This document shows, piece by piece, positions 12,681-25,411 of a stretch of DNA of 63,523 nucleotides (position 1 is the stretch's first letter; each line of letters begins with the position of its first letter). The notes under the pieces are model-generated. The model saw nothing but the letters and a program-made list of their open reading frames with translations, was not told the DNA's origin and did not search any database. This stretch comes from Octopus bimaculoides (Eukaryota). Made by a program: the position numbers and the translations under genes. Where the stretch lies: assembly GCF_001194135.2 (NCBI RefSeq), contig NC_068981.1:93055591-93119113 (forward strand), in the 5' to 3' direction.

Positions 12681-14689
12681 ATTCTCCTTCTTTCTCTAAC
12701 CACCTTACCTCTGTCTTTTTCTATCTCTCCGCACGCCACCACTTTCTATCGTCGACCTCCACCCACTATCTTGTGACCCGTGACCATTCCCATTTCTCTT
12801 TCCAACTTCCTTGTTTCCTTTTGGGGGCTCACTTGTTCAGTTTCGCTTCTCCCAATCTCTCATGTTCTTCTTTACTTCCAACACCGGGTTTATTATTCCA
12901 CCTTTTCGTTCTGCCTATTCATCTTTCCACGTTCCGCTTCGAGTCCTAGAGGTAATTTGTTTACTGTGTTACTTGCTTATATAAGTTTCGTCTTGTCGCA
13001 GGGCCCCTCCGCCTTTACATTGCTTGTATAACATATAATTTACTTTGTATATTTACGTTTATAAATGTGTCATACTTCTTTGCGTCGCTGTCAACAACGT
13101 TCGCTCATTATTCTCAGTATGTGTTCGCTGTTGACGGTATTATTTATGAGTTGTCATCCTGTTCATAATGGAACTACTGTGGCTTTATAACACCTTGTCA
13201 ACTCTCATAAAATGTTTAAACCATTACCATCAATTTCAACGTAATTGAGACTATATTATTCGGTGTTTCCCTTCTCTTGTGCAATAGTATAGAATAATTT
13301 GATGGCGATTTTGCTGCTATTTCTAGCAGAGAACCAATTGTGTAGTTGGCGAAATGTTGTAAATGAAGTTATTATAAAAGCGAAGTCGTAACTATTATTA
13401 ATTAATTGAAAGACTTTTGTCTCCGCCAGAATGCTTCATGTTCGCTGTAAACAATAACAAGTTGCAGATGTATAAACTTATGCACGAATTTTATTACATC
13501 TAGAGTAGATGTTTATGAGTGTTACTTGTTAATCTGTATGGAAAATCATATTTATCCAAATTGATATTTGTCGTATTTTTCAGACAGATAACAGGTTATT
13601 TGATTTAGACATTAAGTTAGAACATTTAAATATTTTCTATATTTTCCTCGCAGCATTCGTAATTTCATCATTCAATTCAACTTAGCTAAATTTGAAATAT
13701 GTGCCTTCTATATTAATTTGGTTTATAGCAATCTACAATATCTCAGATGTTAGTTGGTTTTTATCTATTTCACATTTATAGAGGATACGGTAGTGCAGTA
13801 TGTGACAATAACAAGTACAGAATTAATTACAACAGGGAAGAATGAAGTTATTAAAGATACCTATTTCAAATAAACAACTATATATATACACTCGGAACAC
13901 AATCTGCTCCACTCGGTATACAACCTGCTTGAAATCGATGTCAAAATGTTACTCTACGCACATAATATCCTTTTAATAATAAGATATGTATTACTCCATA
14001 CGTTATAATAAGGAAAACTATGGAAAGGTCTCCCGGTAGCGCATTTGATATTTTATCTGCTGGATCATGGCTGAATTGAGGTTATACAAATACAGCCATG
14101 CCTACATTATGCTAGTTATTTTTCCAAGATTTGCTATTCTAGTAGATATTTGCAAAACACCCGCCATACACCAGATGATTCTATCTTCCATGTGTATTTT
14201 TTATTTCAGACTTTCTTTCTTCTGACTGAGAAACAATAGACTTGATAGAATGAGTTGAAGTGGAGCTGGAATTACGTAGTTTTAGATTATTTAAAATAAA
14301 TTATAGTTGAAGATTCACTTAGTTCCATATTGCGGAGTACTGCCATGTCACTTTAAACATATTCCCTTAAAAGAAACGCAGTGAGTAGCTTGTTCCCCAG
14401 TTCGACCGTGCATCAAGCATATTCGGACTGATAATAACATTAAAGTTTAGTTTATCATGAATATTTCTGCGTTAGGAAATGTATACTTTGATAAATCCAG
14501 GCATATCTACGACTAACTCACACACCATAATAATAAAGCAACTAACACTAACTCACACACTATAATATTAAAGCAACTCAAATGAAGAAATTTGAAGAAA
14601 AACAGTAATTATCTAATTCGGCGGGTTTAAGTTTATAAGTACCCAAGGCACATCTTCAATATACTAAACATCTCAGATAGAGCTGAAGT

Positions 14690-15060
14690 TCTTAAATCGT
14701 ATCACTCCAGACTACCCAGACAAAACTCAGGCAAAATACTGAAAAGGGATCATGAAACTGCACCCATACTATGGAGCGCCAGTGGTTTTGGCAATTCGCA
14801 AAGGAGACCCTAGTTTTCTAATTGTAATTCTGATTTATCATATATTGTGCTTATACCAGTAACAAGTACGACGAGTACTAAGCACCTGATGTGATCGCTG
14901 ATCCTCAAAGACTAGGTGAATGGTGTATCAAGAGCTGAAGATGAAAGACTGAACAGTCTCATTGATAGTTTTGGAAGACCCAGTGTGCAAAGATTATTGG
15001 TCTGGAGATTAGTAAAATGTTAAGTGGTACTTTGAAGCTACCTTGATGATACATGGTCAT
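14690..15060 (+). mobile_element. Highly decayed 3' (RLE-domain) fragment of an R4/Dong-like LINE
   Basis: Fragmentary resemblance (PDKTQAKY..., APIL, IDSFGRP) to LINE C-termini. Weak. Confidence 0.25.
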
Positions 15061-15269
15061 CTTTGAACTAAAGTTAACCAGTCACACAAACGAACTAGAA
15101 CATATAATGAGTTACATACGGGTAACAGTCAAACTGAAATAGGCTGTGGAATGGTTGGATATAAGTGCATAAATAAAGAAGGTTGAAGCATGGTTACATA
15201 TAAGTGCTACAAAAGAATGTGTAAAATTTTTTTTTTTACCTTCGCCATAATGAGATGATTCTTGGAATA

Positions 15270-15900
15270 TTGTTTAGTATCTCGAAAGCCGGAAAGCGGG
15301 CGAGTCGGTGAAAGTCTTGCGAAGTTGGAATGTATTGAGAAAGCCCGCTATGAACTTTTGCATATTTAACATAACTCCATCTTTTGTGAGTCACATCTTT
15401 ATGTTGTTTGTCACTACGACGGATTTGCAAAATCTGAGTGGAAGGAAGATCGATATTTGCGTCTAGCCTGTGGAATATTACCTCAGACTCACTGCTTTTA
15501 CCCTAGAAGGGTCTGAGAAAGGATGTTTGGCGGAAAAGACAAATCAATGAATTTCTTCTGTATTACGAAATCCCCTCAATTCCATATTCACAGAAGTCGT
15601 CACATATACAGACAAATTTTATAGGCACGTGATACTGACTACGAGGTTTGTTGGACATACATTCAGAACCACCAAATGATTATGATAGGAAACGTTTATC
15701 ATCTGCCATTAATGATTGCAGAGCTACAGAGAACGTGAAGTTATTCCATCTTAATAACTACTCTAATGCCTTCTCTTCTAGTACGCGGTGGCAGGTAGTT
15801 AAACTCTCTGGTGGCTACTGCTCAAAAGATATGGAGTACGAGACTGCGAGGATAGACAAGGGACAGCCACTTGCATCTTCCTTCAAATATTAATCAACTT
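15270..15900 (+). mobile_element. Penelope-like (Naiad-like) RT core/thumb relic
   Basis: Frame-jumping translation gives GESLAKL (motif B'), a decayed YxxVDDGF, DVWRK...KFYR, LLDIHSEPP and SGGYCSKDMEYETARIDKGQPL. These are collinear with the relics at 37395 and 41714. Confidence 0.55.
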
Positions 15901-16232
15901 CATCGGTTACTATTTGAAATGAAAGGTGACAGCAGCGAGGGATGATCTGTTCTGTGCGTGAGGATAGTAATGTTGACGCGAGTAGTTGTTTTCAAATTTC
16001 TTCACATAAGGAAAGCTTCGCATTAATGTCGTAGGAACAATGCTATATTTGGAGTTTAAAACAATGTTTTACTTTATGTCAAACCCTTCCTATTGTTTTC
16101 CACACTATCATCCTCTTTCTTTTATTCGTCCTAATTATTGCAAAATTATTAATTATTATTCTTAACAATATTACTTTTGTAGTAATTCTATTATTGTCAT
16201 TCTGTTTTTGTTGCTGGTAGTATGTTGTTATT

Positions 16233-16263
16233 AGAGAGAAAGAGAGAGAGAGACAGTGAGATG

Positions 16264-16352
<89 letters not shown>
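16233..16352. repeat. (GA)n/(GACA)n microsatellite running into an N-gap
   Basis: Direct reading. Confidence 0.95.
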
Positions 16353-16353
<1 letters not shown>

Positions 16354-18649
16354 NNNNNNNNNNNNNNNNNNNNNNNNNNNNNNNNNNNNNNNNNNNNNNN
16401 NNNNNNNNNNNNNNNNNNNNNNNNNNNNNNNNNNNNNNNNNNNNNNNNNNNNNNNNNNNNNNNNNNNNNNNNNNNNNNNNNNNNNNNNNNNNNNNNNNNN
16501 NNNNNNNNNNNNNNNNNNNNNNNNNNNNNNNNNNNNNNNNNNNNNNNNNNNNNNNNNNNNNNNNNNNNNNNNNNNNNNNNNNNNNNNNNNNNNNNNNNNN
16601 NNNNNNNNNNNNNNNNNNNNNNNNNNNNNNNNNNNNNNNNNNNNNNNNNNNNNNNNNNNNNNNNNNNNNNNNNNNNNNNNNNNNNNNNNNNNATATATAT
16701 ATATATATATATATACACTCTCATACACTTATATATAAGTGCATATGGATATATATAACCCACGCATTTTATGCTAACAATTAGCTTTCCTTTTTTAATC
16801 TACAGTCCCACACAATACTTAATTATTGAATTCTGCTTTAGGAAGTGCCATATTAAATTACAGCTATCCCTAAATTTCCTTGTTAATTGAGTGAGCAATT
16901 TAATTATTAAAGTAGACATTTAAAGAAATAGTGAAGTGTAATCTAGTATTGATGATAACAATTACCTCTTCATTCTTATCTTACGACTTTTATCTAATGC
17001 ACTTTGATTACTTTCAGCTTTATCAATCACGTCATACAAACAGCAAAAAGCCCTGCATATGTATGTATGTATGTATGTATGTATCTATGTATGTATGTGT
17101 GTGTGTGTATGTATGTATGCATGCATGTACGTATCCATGTAGGTATGTATGTATGTATGTATGTATGCATGTATCTACAAATTTACATACTTATACGCAA
17201 GCATACTTACGTAAATGTTTCTTTATATATGTGTGTTTGTATGCCTGTGCGCGCGTGAGTGTGTGTGTGGGTATGCTTATGACAGCTAATTTTTATACGT
17301 AGGATGTATTGATCTCGTAAAATTTATCTAAATATATGTAGAAAATGCATGAAACGCACTGAGAATATATCAGACACAAATATACATTCATGTACATAAA
17401 TACAACTTCACTCAAATATGTATGCGTATATATTTGCACCGTTGTTGTTTCTCTATCTATATTTCTTTCTACCCGTTCTCTTTCTCTCCTTCTAACTGTA
17501 TGTATTTGAATATGGAAACATTTTTGTGCAAAAATGTGTTGCACTATAATAAAGTTAAATCATAACATTCTATGTGTGAACTCATTGAAACAGTTTTGTT
17601 ATTTATTTACAAATAAACATTTAAAGTTTGCATATAACGTTTTCTATTTTCAGAAAATAAAATTTCTATTGTCAGTGATTTGGCCACAGTGTGTATTACC
17701 CTAAAGCTTAACAGGCAACAAAGCCCCTTTAGTTTTCCAATATTTAGGGACGTTTTCTTTCAAGAATTATTTTACTATGTTTTTACATTATGAATTAAAT
17801 TCAGTGGAATAATCTGTAATGAACTTACAAAGCAATAGAAAATTATTTAGCGTGGAATATAAAATTAAATTGCGTAAAGCAGATTTCGTTTGTAGGCTGT
17901 GAAAAGCTATTTGTTATGATTATATTCGATTATGATATTTATAAATACAATTTGGCAAATCCTCAAGCTAACTGCCTATTTGAAATACTAAATATTATGT
18001 GTAAGTAAATCATGGTAATTGAATACACTTGCTTCCACCACCATCACCACCACCGCATAATATAATGCGGATGTTTGCCTTATATGTATGTATGCATGTA
18101 TGCATGTATGTATGTATGTATGTATTATGTATGTATGTATGCATGTATGTATGTATATGCATGACAAAAGAGGCTTACCTCCATGTAAGGAGGAACCAAA
18201 CTAAGAACAGCCGCTTGAAAAAGCTACTAGGTCATTAAACGGATTTCGTTTCATTTATTTTAATCTATCAAAATATGATGTCGATTTCAAATATTTTAGT
18301 GTTTTGTTTTGCTTTGTCTTTAAATGAAAAATGAAAATCAAATATAAAATGAACATTTAAAAGAAAGTCGATATATAAGAGAGAAGCTTCATAGCTATAA
18401 AAGATGCTCAAAAATCAAATATTTAATATGAGTAATAGAAAAAATTACACGGTTAAAATTCGAGTGCTTCATACACTTCACAGCAATAAGAAATGATGAA
18501 ACTTCAAATGTTCCATAAATTTCATTTCAATAATAAATCATAAATAATTTGAAAATTCACTAAGTTCCACAGCAATAAATTGCATAAGCAATTAAGCATG
18601 AGAAAAATATAGTATCTAAGATTTCTCTTCTTCTTTTCTTTTTTTGCAT

Positions 18650-19540
18650 GTTCTGTTGTATTAAGTGAGGCAAGATTATTCGTCGTTTGCCTTACTCGTT
18701 TAAATTTGGTACTTCAAACACATTTCAAGCTGATAGTGCCATATATATGTAGGTTTTTAAATATGGCTCCTTAAAGTTTTCTTTCGTTTTTATCCCTCCG
18801 TAGCCTTGTGTTCTGGCTGGTTAATTGCATGGGAATGTAATTTATTTATGAGCAGCTCACAGTATTTCATCGTTATTTTTGGTTCACTCTGTGGACGTCA
18901 TTGTTTCAATCAATTCTCCCGCTCACTTGTTTTTTATTCAAATAATAGTCCAGCGTTACAGAGGGTAAAGATGTCGATACCTTTCTTCATTTCATCAGTA
19001 CGCTGAATGATTCAATGCGTCATTTGTTGTTATAGTTTGAACCTCAGAGTCACCAGGTCATTTTACACAACATCTCCATGACAGAGGTGTTGTGATTCAT
19101 CTATTCATCACCACTACACTCTTGCCGGTCTGACATATGGTGAGTAGATGCTATTGTTGTATATTTTCAAACTTACCCGTATTTACTTACCCATAATGAA
19201 TCCCCCTCTTTCCTCCATATGGCATCTATACTGTTTTCACAGAGCATGAAGCATTGTAACAGCACATCCGCTGCCGTTGGTGGAAAAGGAACACATCGTA
19301 TTCACCTGAGAATGTTTTACACACCCTTCCAGGACTACCTACCAAATTGTTACAATTGTGAGTACGATAACACAGCCTTTTTAGGGCCACATCACATTCT
19401 ATTGTTACTCCTTCTTAGAGTGTTGCAATGCTCTTTGCAGGGCATTCTACCCAGTTGCAAATCGATTGGTTGGGCGTTAACTTATATCAATCTTTGCCTC
19501 AATAATCATAATTGAGTAGAATCATTAAAAGTACTTTCAA
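18650..19540 (-). mobile_element. Tentative Naiad-like PLE RT relic
   Basis: Scattered, frameshifted peptides (PPTAAD..SVKTV, RGGFIMG, PYVR, LDY, HSHA..EG.KR) appear in the expected order. Very degenerate. Confidence 0.3.
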
Positions 19541-19589
19541 ACAATTCAGCCGGAGCAACGACGGGCACTTCTGCTCGTACAATATAAAA

Positions 19590-21170
19590 TAGGAGCATTG
19601 TTCCAAGGGAATGACTGACTGACGCCGGACCCAGGAAGGATAAGTGAGATACTCAGTGAAAATTGCAAAAGTATCTTCACTTCCCCCCTTGGACACATGC
19701 AGATAAAAAGTCCGGCTGAGTTCTTTGATATTGCAGCTCTGAAAAAGGAGGTGCCAGCAATCGATTGCATCAACATTGAGGAAAAAGATGCAACATTGGC
19801 CATAGATGAAATGAACTCATGCTCCGCCACTTGATGTCTTCCGAGATATTCTCCTAAAGTCATGCAAGCGGGCTTTAGCGAAACTACTTCAGATACTTTT
19901 ACAAAGTAAAGTTTTGTAGCAAATGGTATACTGCCTATGCACTAAAAGCATCCCACAAAGAAATGTCATATCAGTAAAGTCATGGGGAGAATCAGCAGAA
20001 AGAAGTTGATAATGTTCCCAGAAGCAATAAACACCATGGCTTCCGCCCAGGAAGAAGCTGTCCCACACAGCTCCTACAGCACTATGACTGGGTTTGAAAC
20101 AACTGCTTGACCAGTCAGATGCCAGTGTGATGTACCTTGATTTCGCAAAGATAGTTGATAAAGTAGATCATGGCATAATAAGTCATAAGCTACGAGACCT
20201 TGGCATGGCTGGTAAACTGGGAGAGTGGTTGCATGACTTCCTTAAAACAGAAGTCAGGTAGTTGCAGCCAATGGTGTCCTTTTTGAGGAAACTTAAATCC
20301 TATATGATGTCCCCCATGGAACTGTTCTCGGGCTATTACTGTTCATAATAGCCCCCTTAGACATGCATACGATCACTCTGACCACCACTGTCACTAGCTA
20401 TGCCGATGGTACGAAATTATTACAGGAAATAAAAAAAAATCCAAGATAATGTCACAAGCTTACAGCGGGACCTAAATTCAATAGTGGGCCGAAATAAACA
20501 ACAAGCAGTCTAATGCTGGAAAATTTCAAGCACAACACTATCAACTCACAAATATAGTACAACCCGAAGGCACTACAATCCCAGAATCACAGGCAGTAAA
20601 AGACTTGGGGATCAGTATATGCAATGGCGCAGCATTTCAAATGCACATAAGCAAGATGGCGGCGAGCTGGCAGAAACGTTAACACGCCAGGCGAAATTCT
20701 TAGTGCTATTTCGTCTGCCGCTACGTTCTGAGTTCAAATTTCGCCGAGGTCGACTTTGCCTTTCATCGTTTCGGGGTCGATAAATTAAGTACCAGTTACG
20801 CACTGGGGTCGACTTAATCCGTTTCTCTGTCCTTGTTTGTCCCCCTCTGTGTTTAGCCCCTTGTGGGAAATAAAGACATAAGATGGCAGAAAACTGCACA
20901 CAACTGGCAGGATGGATACTGAGGTTCTTGAAGACAAGAGAAACCATGTTGACTGTGCAGAGAACCTTTGTTCTCAGCCACCTGGACTACTGCTCCCAGT
21001 TATGGTCATCACATAGCACCAAACTGACAGCTGAGCTTGAAGCAGCCCAACGCTACAACACTAAAAAGATTGAATTAGTGGAGCGGATAAACTACAAGGA
21101 TAGGCTGAGAAAATTACAGCTTTAATCCCTGGAGCGATAGCATGAAAGATATGCAACAATATCCATATGG
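19590..21170 (+). mobile_element. CR1/Jockey-group LINE RT and 3' relic, copy 2, interrupted by a SINE
   Basis: Clear nucleotide homology to 11826-12680. Continues to FVLSHLDYCSQLWS...LEAAQR...NYKDRLRKL (ORF 20883-21125). Confidence 0.9.
20661..20879 (+). mobile_element. SINE family A (Deu/Nin-like core), well preserved, nested in a LINE
   Basis: A-box-like tggcagaaacgttaa, B-box-like gagttcaaatt and core gtcgactttgcctttcatcgtttcggggtcgataaattaagtacc. Flanked by aagatggc at 20653-20660 and 20880-20887. Confidence 0.9.
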
Positions 21171-21252
21171 AAATATACATATGCGCCTTCACTATATATA
21201 TATATATATGATTATTACTTACATTTTCAGAAAATTCACAAATCAACGGAAC

Positions 21253-21404
21253 AGATGTCGAAACAATTGTAGTGATTAATAAAAAAAATTCTCGTTTATT
21301 CTATCTCACATCTCTAATTTACAATATGTAAGTACACTCTAATTTTTTTATATATCCAATACTTTTTCTCTGAAATAATGGAATGTATCTGTTAGTCTAC
21401 TGAA
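21253..21404 (+). repeat. ~150-bp dispersed direct repeat, copy 1
   Basis: Aligns by eye with 25261-25411 (gtcgaaacaattgtagtgattaataaaa...atatgtaagtacact...gttagtc). Confidence 0.9.
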
Positions 21405-21412
21405 GGAATGCT

Positions 21413-21800
21413 TCGAGGGCATGCTGAAAATTTCCTGGTTTTAGGTAAAACAAAAATACCGGAAAATCAGTTAATAACGGTTTTTATTCAACGTATTCCT
21501 CTTTCAGATTCACACAGTTAATGCAGCGGTCCTTCAGGTTTCTAAGCCTTGAAAAAGATTTCGGAATGTTGGGCCTCTAACCAGGCCTTTCGCGTTGCCC
21601 TTAAAGCCAAGACCTTTTCAGCAACCCTTTGTATAACAGGTTGGCTTGAAATAGCCTAATGTTTTAGATGCAGTTTTGGTACAAGGAGATGCAACTGCCA
21701 CTGCTAGATGCAAATTCCAGTGCTATGATACAATTTGAACTTACTTCTGTTGCTTTGAAACAGATACCCCACCTTGTGATACTTTTCAACTCATCTCTTC
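21413..21800 (-). mobile_element. Mariner relic (one TIR and transposase 3' end)
   Basis: TIR-like tcgagggcatgctgaaaatttcctgg followed by decayed antisense transposase C-terminus. The right boundary is approximate. Confidence 0.45.
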
Positions 21801-22739
21801 GAGATGAAATATACAGAAAAACCTAAATCTTTGAATTGATACAATTATACATATGATATTTAGTAGGTTATATCTACTCAAGCACGCTCACCAATGACAG
21901 TTTGCTACGGGTTCTTTTCACAAAGCATAATACCTATTTTCTGTGTGAGAAAATGTTATTGCTTTTAGGTTAAATTGTACTAAATTGAATTTACTATAAG
22001 ACTGGTATTTATTTTATCGATTCCAGTAGGAATTTTATAAGATGAATATAAACGCTCTTAAATATTTTTTTATTCTTGAGGCAACATTTCTTTCTGACCA
22101 CTACATCCTCTCCTTCGACGTCCTTTGTATTCGGTTTAGTTTTGTTGTCTCTAATAGAATTTAAGTGTTTGAGTGTTAGTGTGTAAATATTTTTCGGTTT
22201 CCCTTTAGATTAGAATCACATGCATTATTCAGAATTCTACATTATTAGATATCAGCAATGTGTTTGTCAATATTCTACGCCACAGGTGACAATTAGATTC
22301 TATTATTTTTTGTTTGATTTGTTTGTGTTGCTTCCCAGTCAATATTATCTTGCGATGTAGACATAGCACAATAAGTAACTTCATATAATGACACATTCAC
22401 GACTACGTACATACACACATACACTGATGCATGCTTGCGTATATTTATAAAGCCCAAAAAGAAAACTGAATATTTGGAGAGTGTATTTTTATGAGAAACT
22501 CTGTATATTGGAATCGTATTTCCGATTTTTCACGAAGCAAATTATTTCATTTTTACCACTAGAGAAGAGTGACAATTCAAAAGTAAAAGTCAAATCCAGG
22601 TGATGTCCACTTTACCTGTTATCGTTTTGAGGTCGTTAAAATAAGTACCAGTTGAGCAGTGATGCCGATGCAGAGGAAAATAAAATAAAATAACCCATCC
22701 AAAAATGAAAGTAATTTTCAAAATCAAAAATTGTAAACT

Positions 22740-23510
22740 ACAGTATGGCTGGAAAATAACAGTTTACTCATAGTAGTCGACTACCACAGACTCAAGACTG
22801 CTCCGGAATCTTGCACATGTGTGCCTCACTGTGTCCCTGGGAAGATCTTCGAACACCTTCTTGAACTTAGATACCACTCACCGCTGAGGTTGCAAGCAGA
22901 GCAGTTGATGTCTTTCTCGACCCACCCCCCTCACATGATAGAATACAATTGGGGGAGTTAATAGTCGCAACTCGGGTCTGATAAATTCGTAGAAATTATC
23001 TAGCAACCACTTCTGACTGTTTACGGTGGCATGGCAAGGAGCTACATCTTGCAGTTACATATATGGACCTTCCAGCAGCAATGCTCTCCAGCCAGGGAAT
23101 GATCACAATCTCCGGCAGCTTCATATATCCGCCTGAATTCAGCTTAAGGCCCTGATCATCAGTTGGTGGATGAATCCTAATATATCGCAATACTACAAAG
23201 TGGCTGTGTGACCTACGAAATCCTCGTCGCCACTGCTATATCACACGTTCGGATGGCGTTCACTCAAATACTACGACGTCTAGACTTCTCCCTCTACATC
23301 TACGTATTGTGCTAGCCTACTTCATCGTCTGGGTGCGTCGACACAACAAATCCTAATCCGTCCGTGTCCCTCCAGCTGGCCACCGCTTCGAAGTCTCCGT
23401 TGCAGATGCCTACATCATGTCTTACAACATTTTCAGCACAGAGCAATCAGCTGCAGTCATGATGTCGGCATTTTGATACCCGCGCGAATCACAATTACAT
23501 ATATAACCCT
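22740..23510 (-). mobile_element. Second DD37D/maT-like transposon relic
   Basis: Minus-strand peptides GLKLNSGGYMKL...IIPWLESIAAGRSIY, QDVAPCH..NSQKWLLDNF and NSPNC parallel the element at 9434-10303. Confidence 0.7.
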
Positions 23511-24535
23511 TCCCAGATTTTAGATACATTCTTGTCCTTTATGTCAGCCAAATTTTCACAATCACTACCTTTACCACTATGTTTTCCTACGCTGTTTACT
23601 GCATACCAATGCGTGGAGCTGCTACTGAAAACAAAATACATAAATAATCGTCAAGTTTATCCCGAACATCTTGTACATGTATGTATGTATTGTATGTATG
23701 TATGTATGTATGTATGCATGCATGTATGTATGTATGTATGTATGTATGTATGTATGTATGTATATGGTGTGTATGTGTGCGCGTGTGCGTACGTCTGTGC
23801 GTGTTTATGCACACACACACACACGCACACATATATATGCATGAGTGTTTGTGTGGTGTGTGTAGAAATAATAGAAAAGGTGGAAGCGGGTGACAAGCAC
23901 GCGTTAGAATATAGAAATTTGAGTAAGATAAAAAGTTCTTGCATGTCATTATGCCAGATGTAACGTAAACAAAAACAGCACACTGACACATATTACTGGT
24001 CAAAAGCAACAAACAAAATATGATTTAGAAGTTTGAGAGTACAAGAAAATGTACAAGCAGTTCGAGCTGTTCATTTGAGACCCATTGAGATCTATAAATC
24101 TAACGCCTTCAAGCGCCGCTGACAGCACTTTATATAGCAGATTTAAGCAGAAAAAAACATTTTAGCTCAATCCACAAATCACTGATAGAAAGTCATCTAA
24201 TTCCTAATACAGTAATACAATATTCGGCAAATGATGACTGTTATATAAATGGATCTTACAATTATTACATGGACGCTTTCAATGCCATGACGCTCGGTGT
24301 CCTTTACACTCTAAAATTAACATAGCGTTCATCTCTAAAAATGAGCTATTTTGAAACTTCTCAAAGCATGCTCTACCAATTGTGAATTGTATGCAATTTA
24401 TTTAAACGAAAAAATGAAAGTGTAGAAAAAATTAATGTCTGTCTCATTTGGTTTGTTTAATAAGATAACTTTCATGGCACATGTTAAAACTACATAAAAT
24501 CCTTTTCGCTTTATATATATATATATATATATATA

Positions 24536-24700
24536 GGCGCAGGAGTGGCTGTGTGGTAAGTAGCTTGCTTACCAACCACATGGTTCCGGGTTCATTCCCA
24601 CTGCATGGCACCTTTGGAAAGTGTCTTCTACTATAGCCTCGGGCCGACCAAAGACTTGTGAGTGGATTTGGTAGACGGAAACTGAAAGAAGCCCGTCGTA
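24536..24700 (+). mobile_element. tRNA-derived SINE, family B (5' part; remainder lost in microsatellite and gap)
   Basis: ggcgcaggagtggctgtgtggtaag A-box-like and gggttcattccc B-box-like motifs. Homologous to 27370-27690. Confidence 0.85.
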
Positions 24701-24733
<33 letters not shown>

Positions 24734-25260
24734 NNNNNNNNNNNNNNNNNNNNNNNNNNNNNNNNNNNNNNNNNNNNNNNNNNNNNNNNNNNNNNNNNNN
24801 NNNNNNNNNNNNNNNNNNNNNNNNNNNNNNNNNNNNNNNNNNNNNNNNNNNNNNNNNNNNNNNNNNNNNNNNNNNNNNNNNNNNNNNNNNNNNNNNNNNN
24901 NNNNNNNNNNNNNNNNNNNNNNNNNNNNNNNNNNNNNNNNNNNNNNNNNNNNNNNNNNNNNNNNNNNNNNNNNNNNNNNNNNNNNNNNNNNNNNNNNNNN
25001 NNNNNNNNNNNNNNNNNNNNNNNNNNNNNNNNNNNNNNNNNNNNNNNNNNNNNNNNNNNNNNNNNNNNNNNNNNNNNNNNNNNNNNNNNNNNNNNNNNNN
25101 NNNNNNNNNNNNNNNNNNNNNNNNNNNNNNNNNNNNNNNNNNNNNNNNNNNNNNNNNNNNNNNNATATATATATACTTTTTTTCAGTGCATTGCGTGTTT
25201 GTTTCTTTGTTGCATCTGTTATTTTATCGTTGATCTTCAATATAAATGAAACTATATACT

Positions 25261-25411
25261 AGATGTGTCGAAACAATTGTAGTGATTAATAAAATAATTC
25301 TCATATATTCTATCCCACATCTGTCATTTACCATATGTAAGTACACTATAATTTTTTATATATCCAATACGTTTTCTCTAAATAATGAACTGTAACTGTT
25401 AGTCCATTGAA
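25261..25411 (+). repeat. ~150-bp dispersed direct repeat, copy 2
   Basis: See copy 1 at 21253-21404. Confidence 0.9.

Noticed and set aside
15240-15433. Minus-strand 194-nt open exon, or ATG GCG AAG start exon
   Set aside because: It overlaps a plus-strand PLE RT relic, and no downstream exon could be validated.
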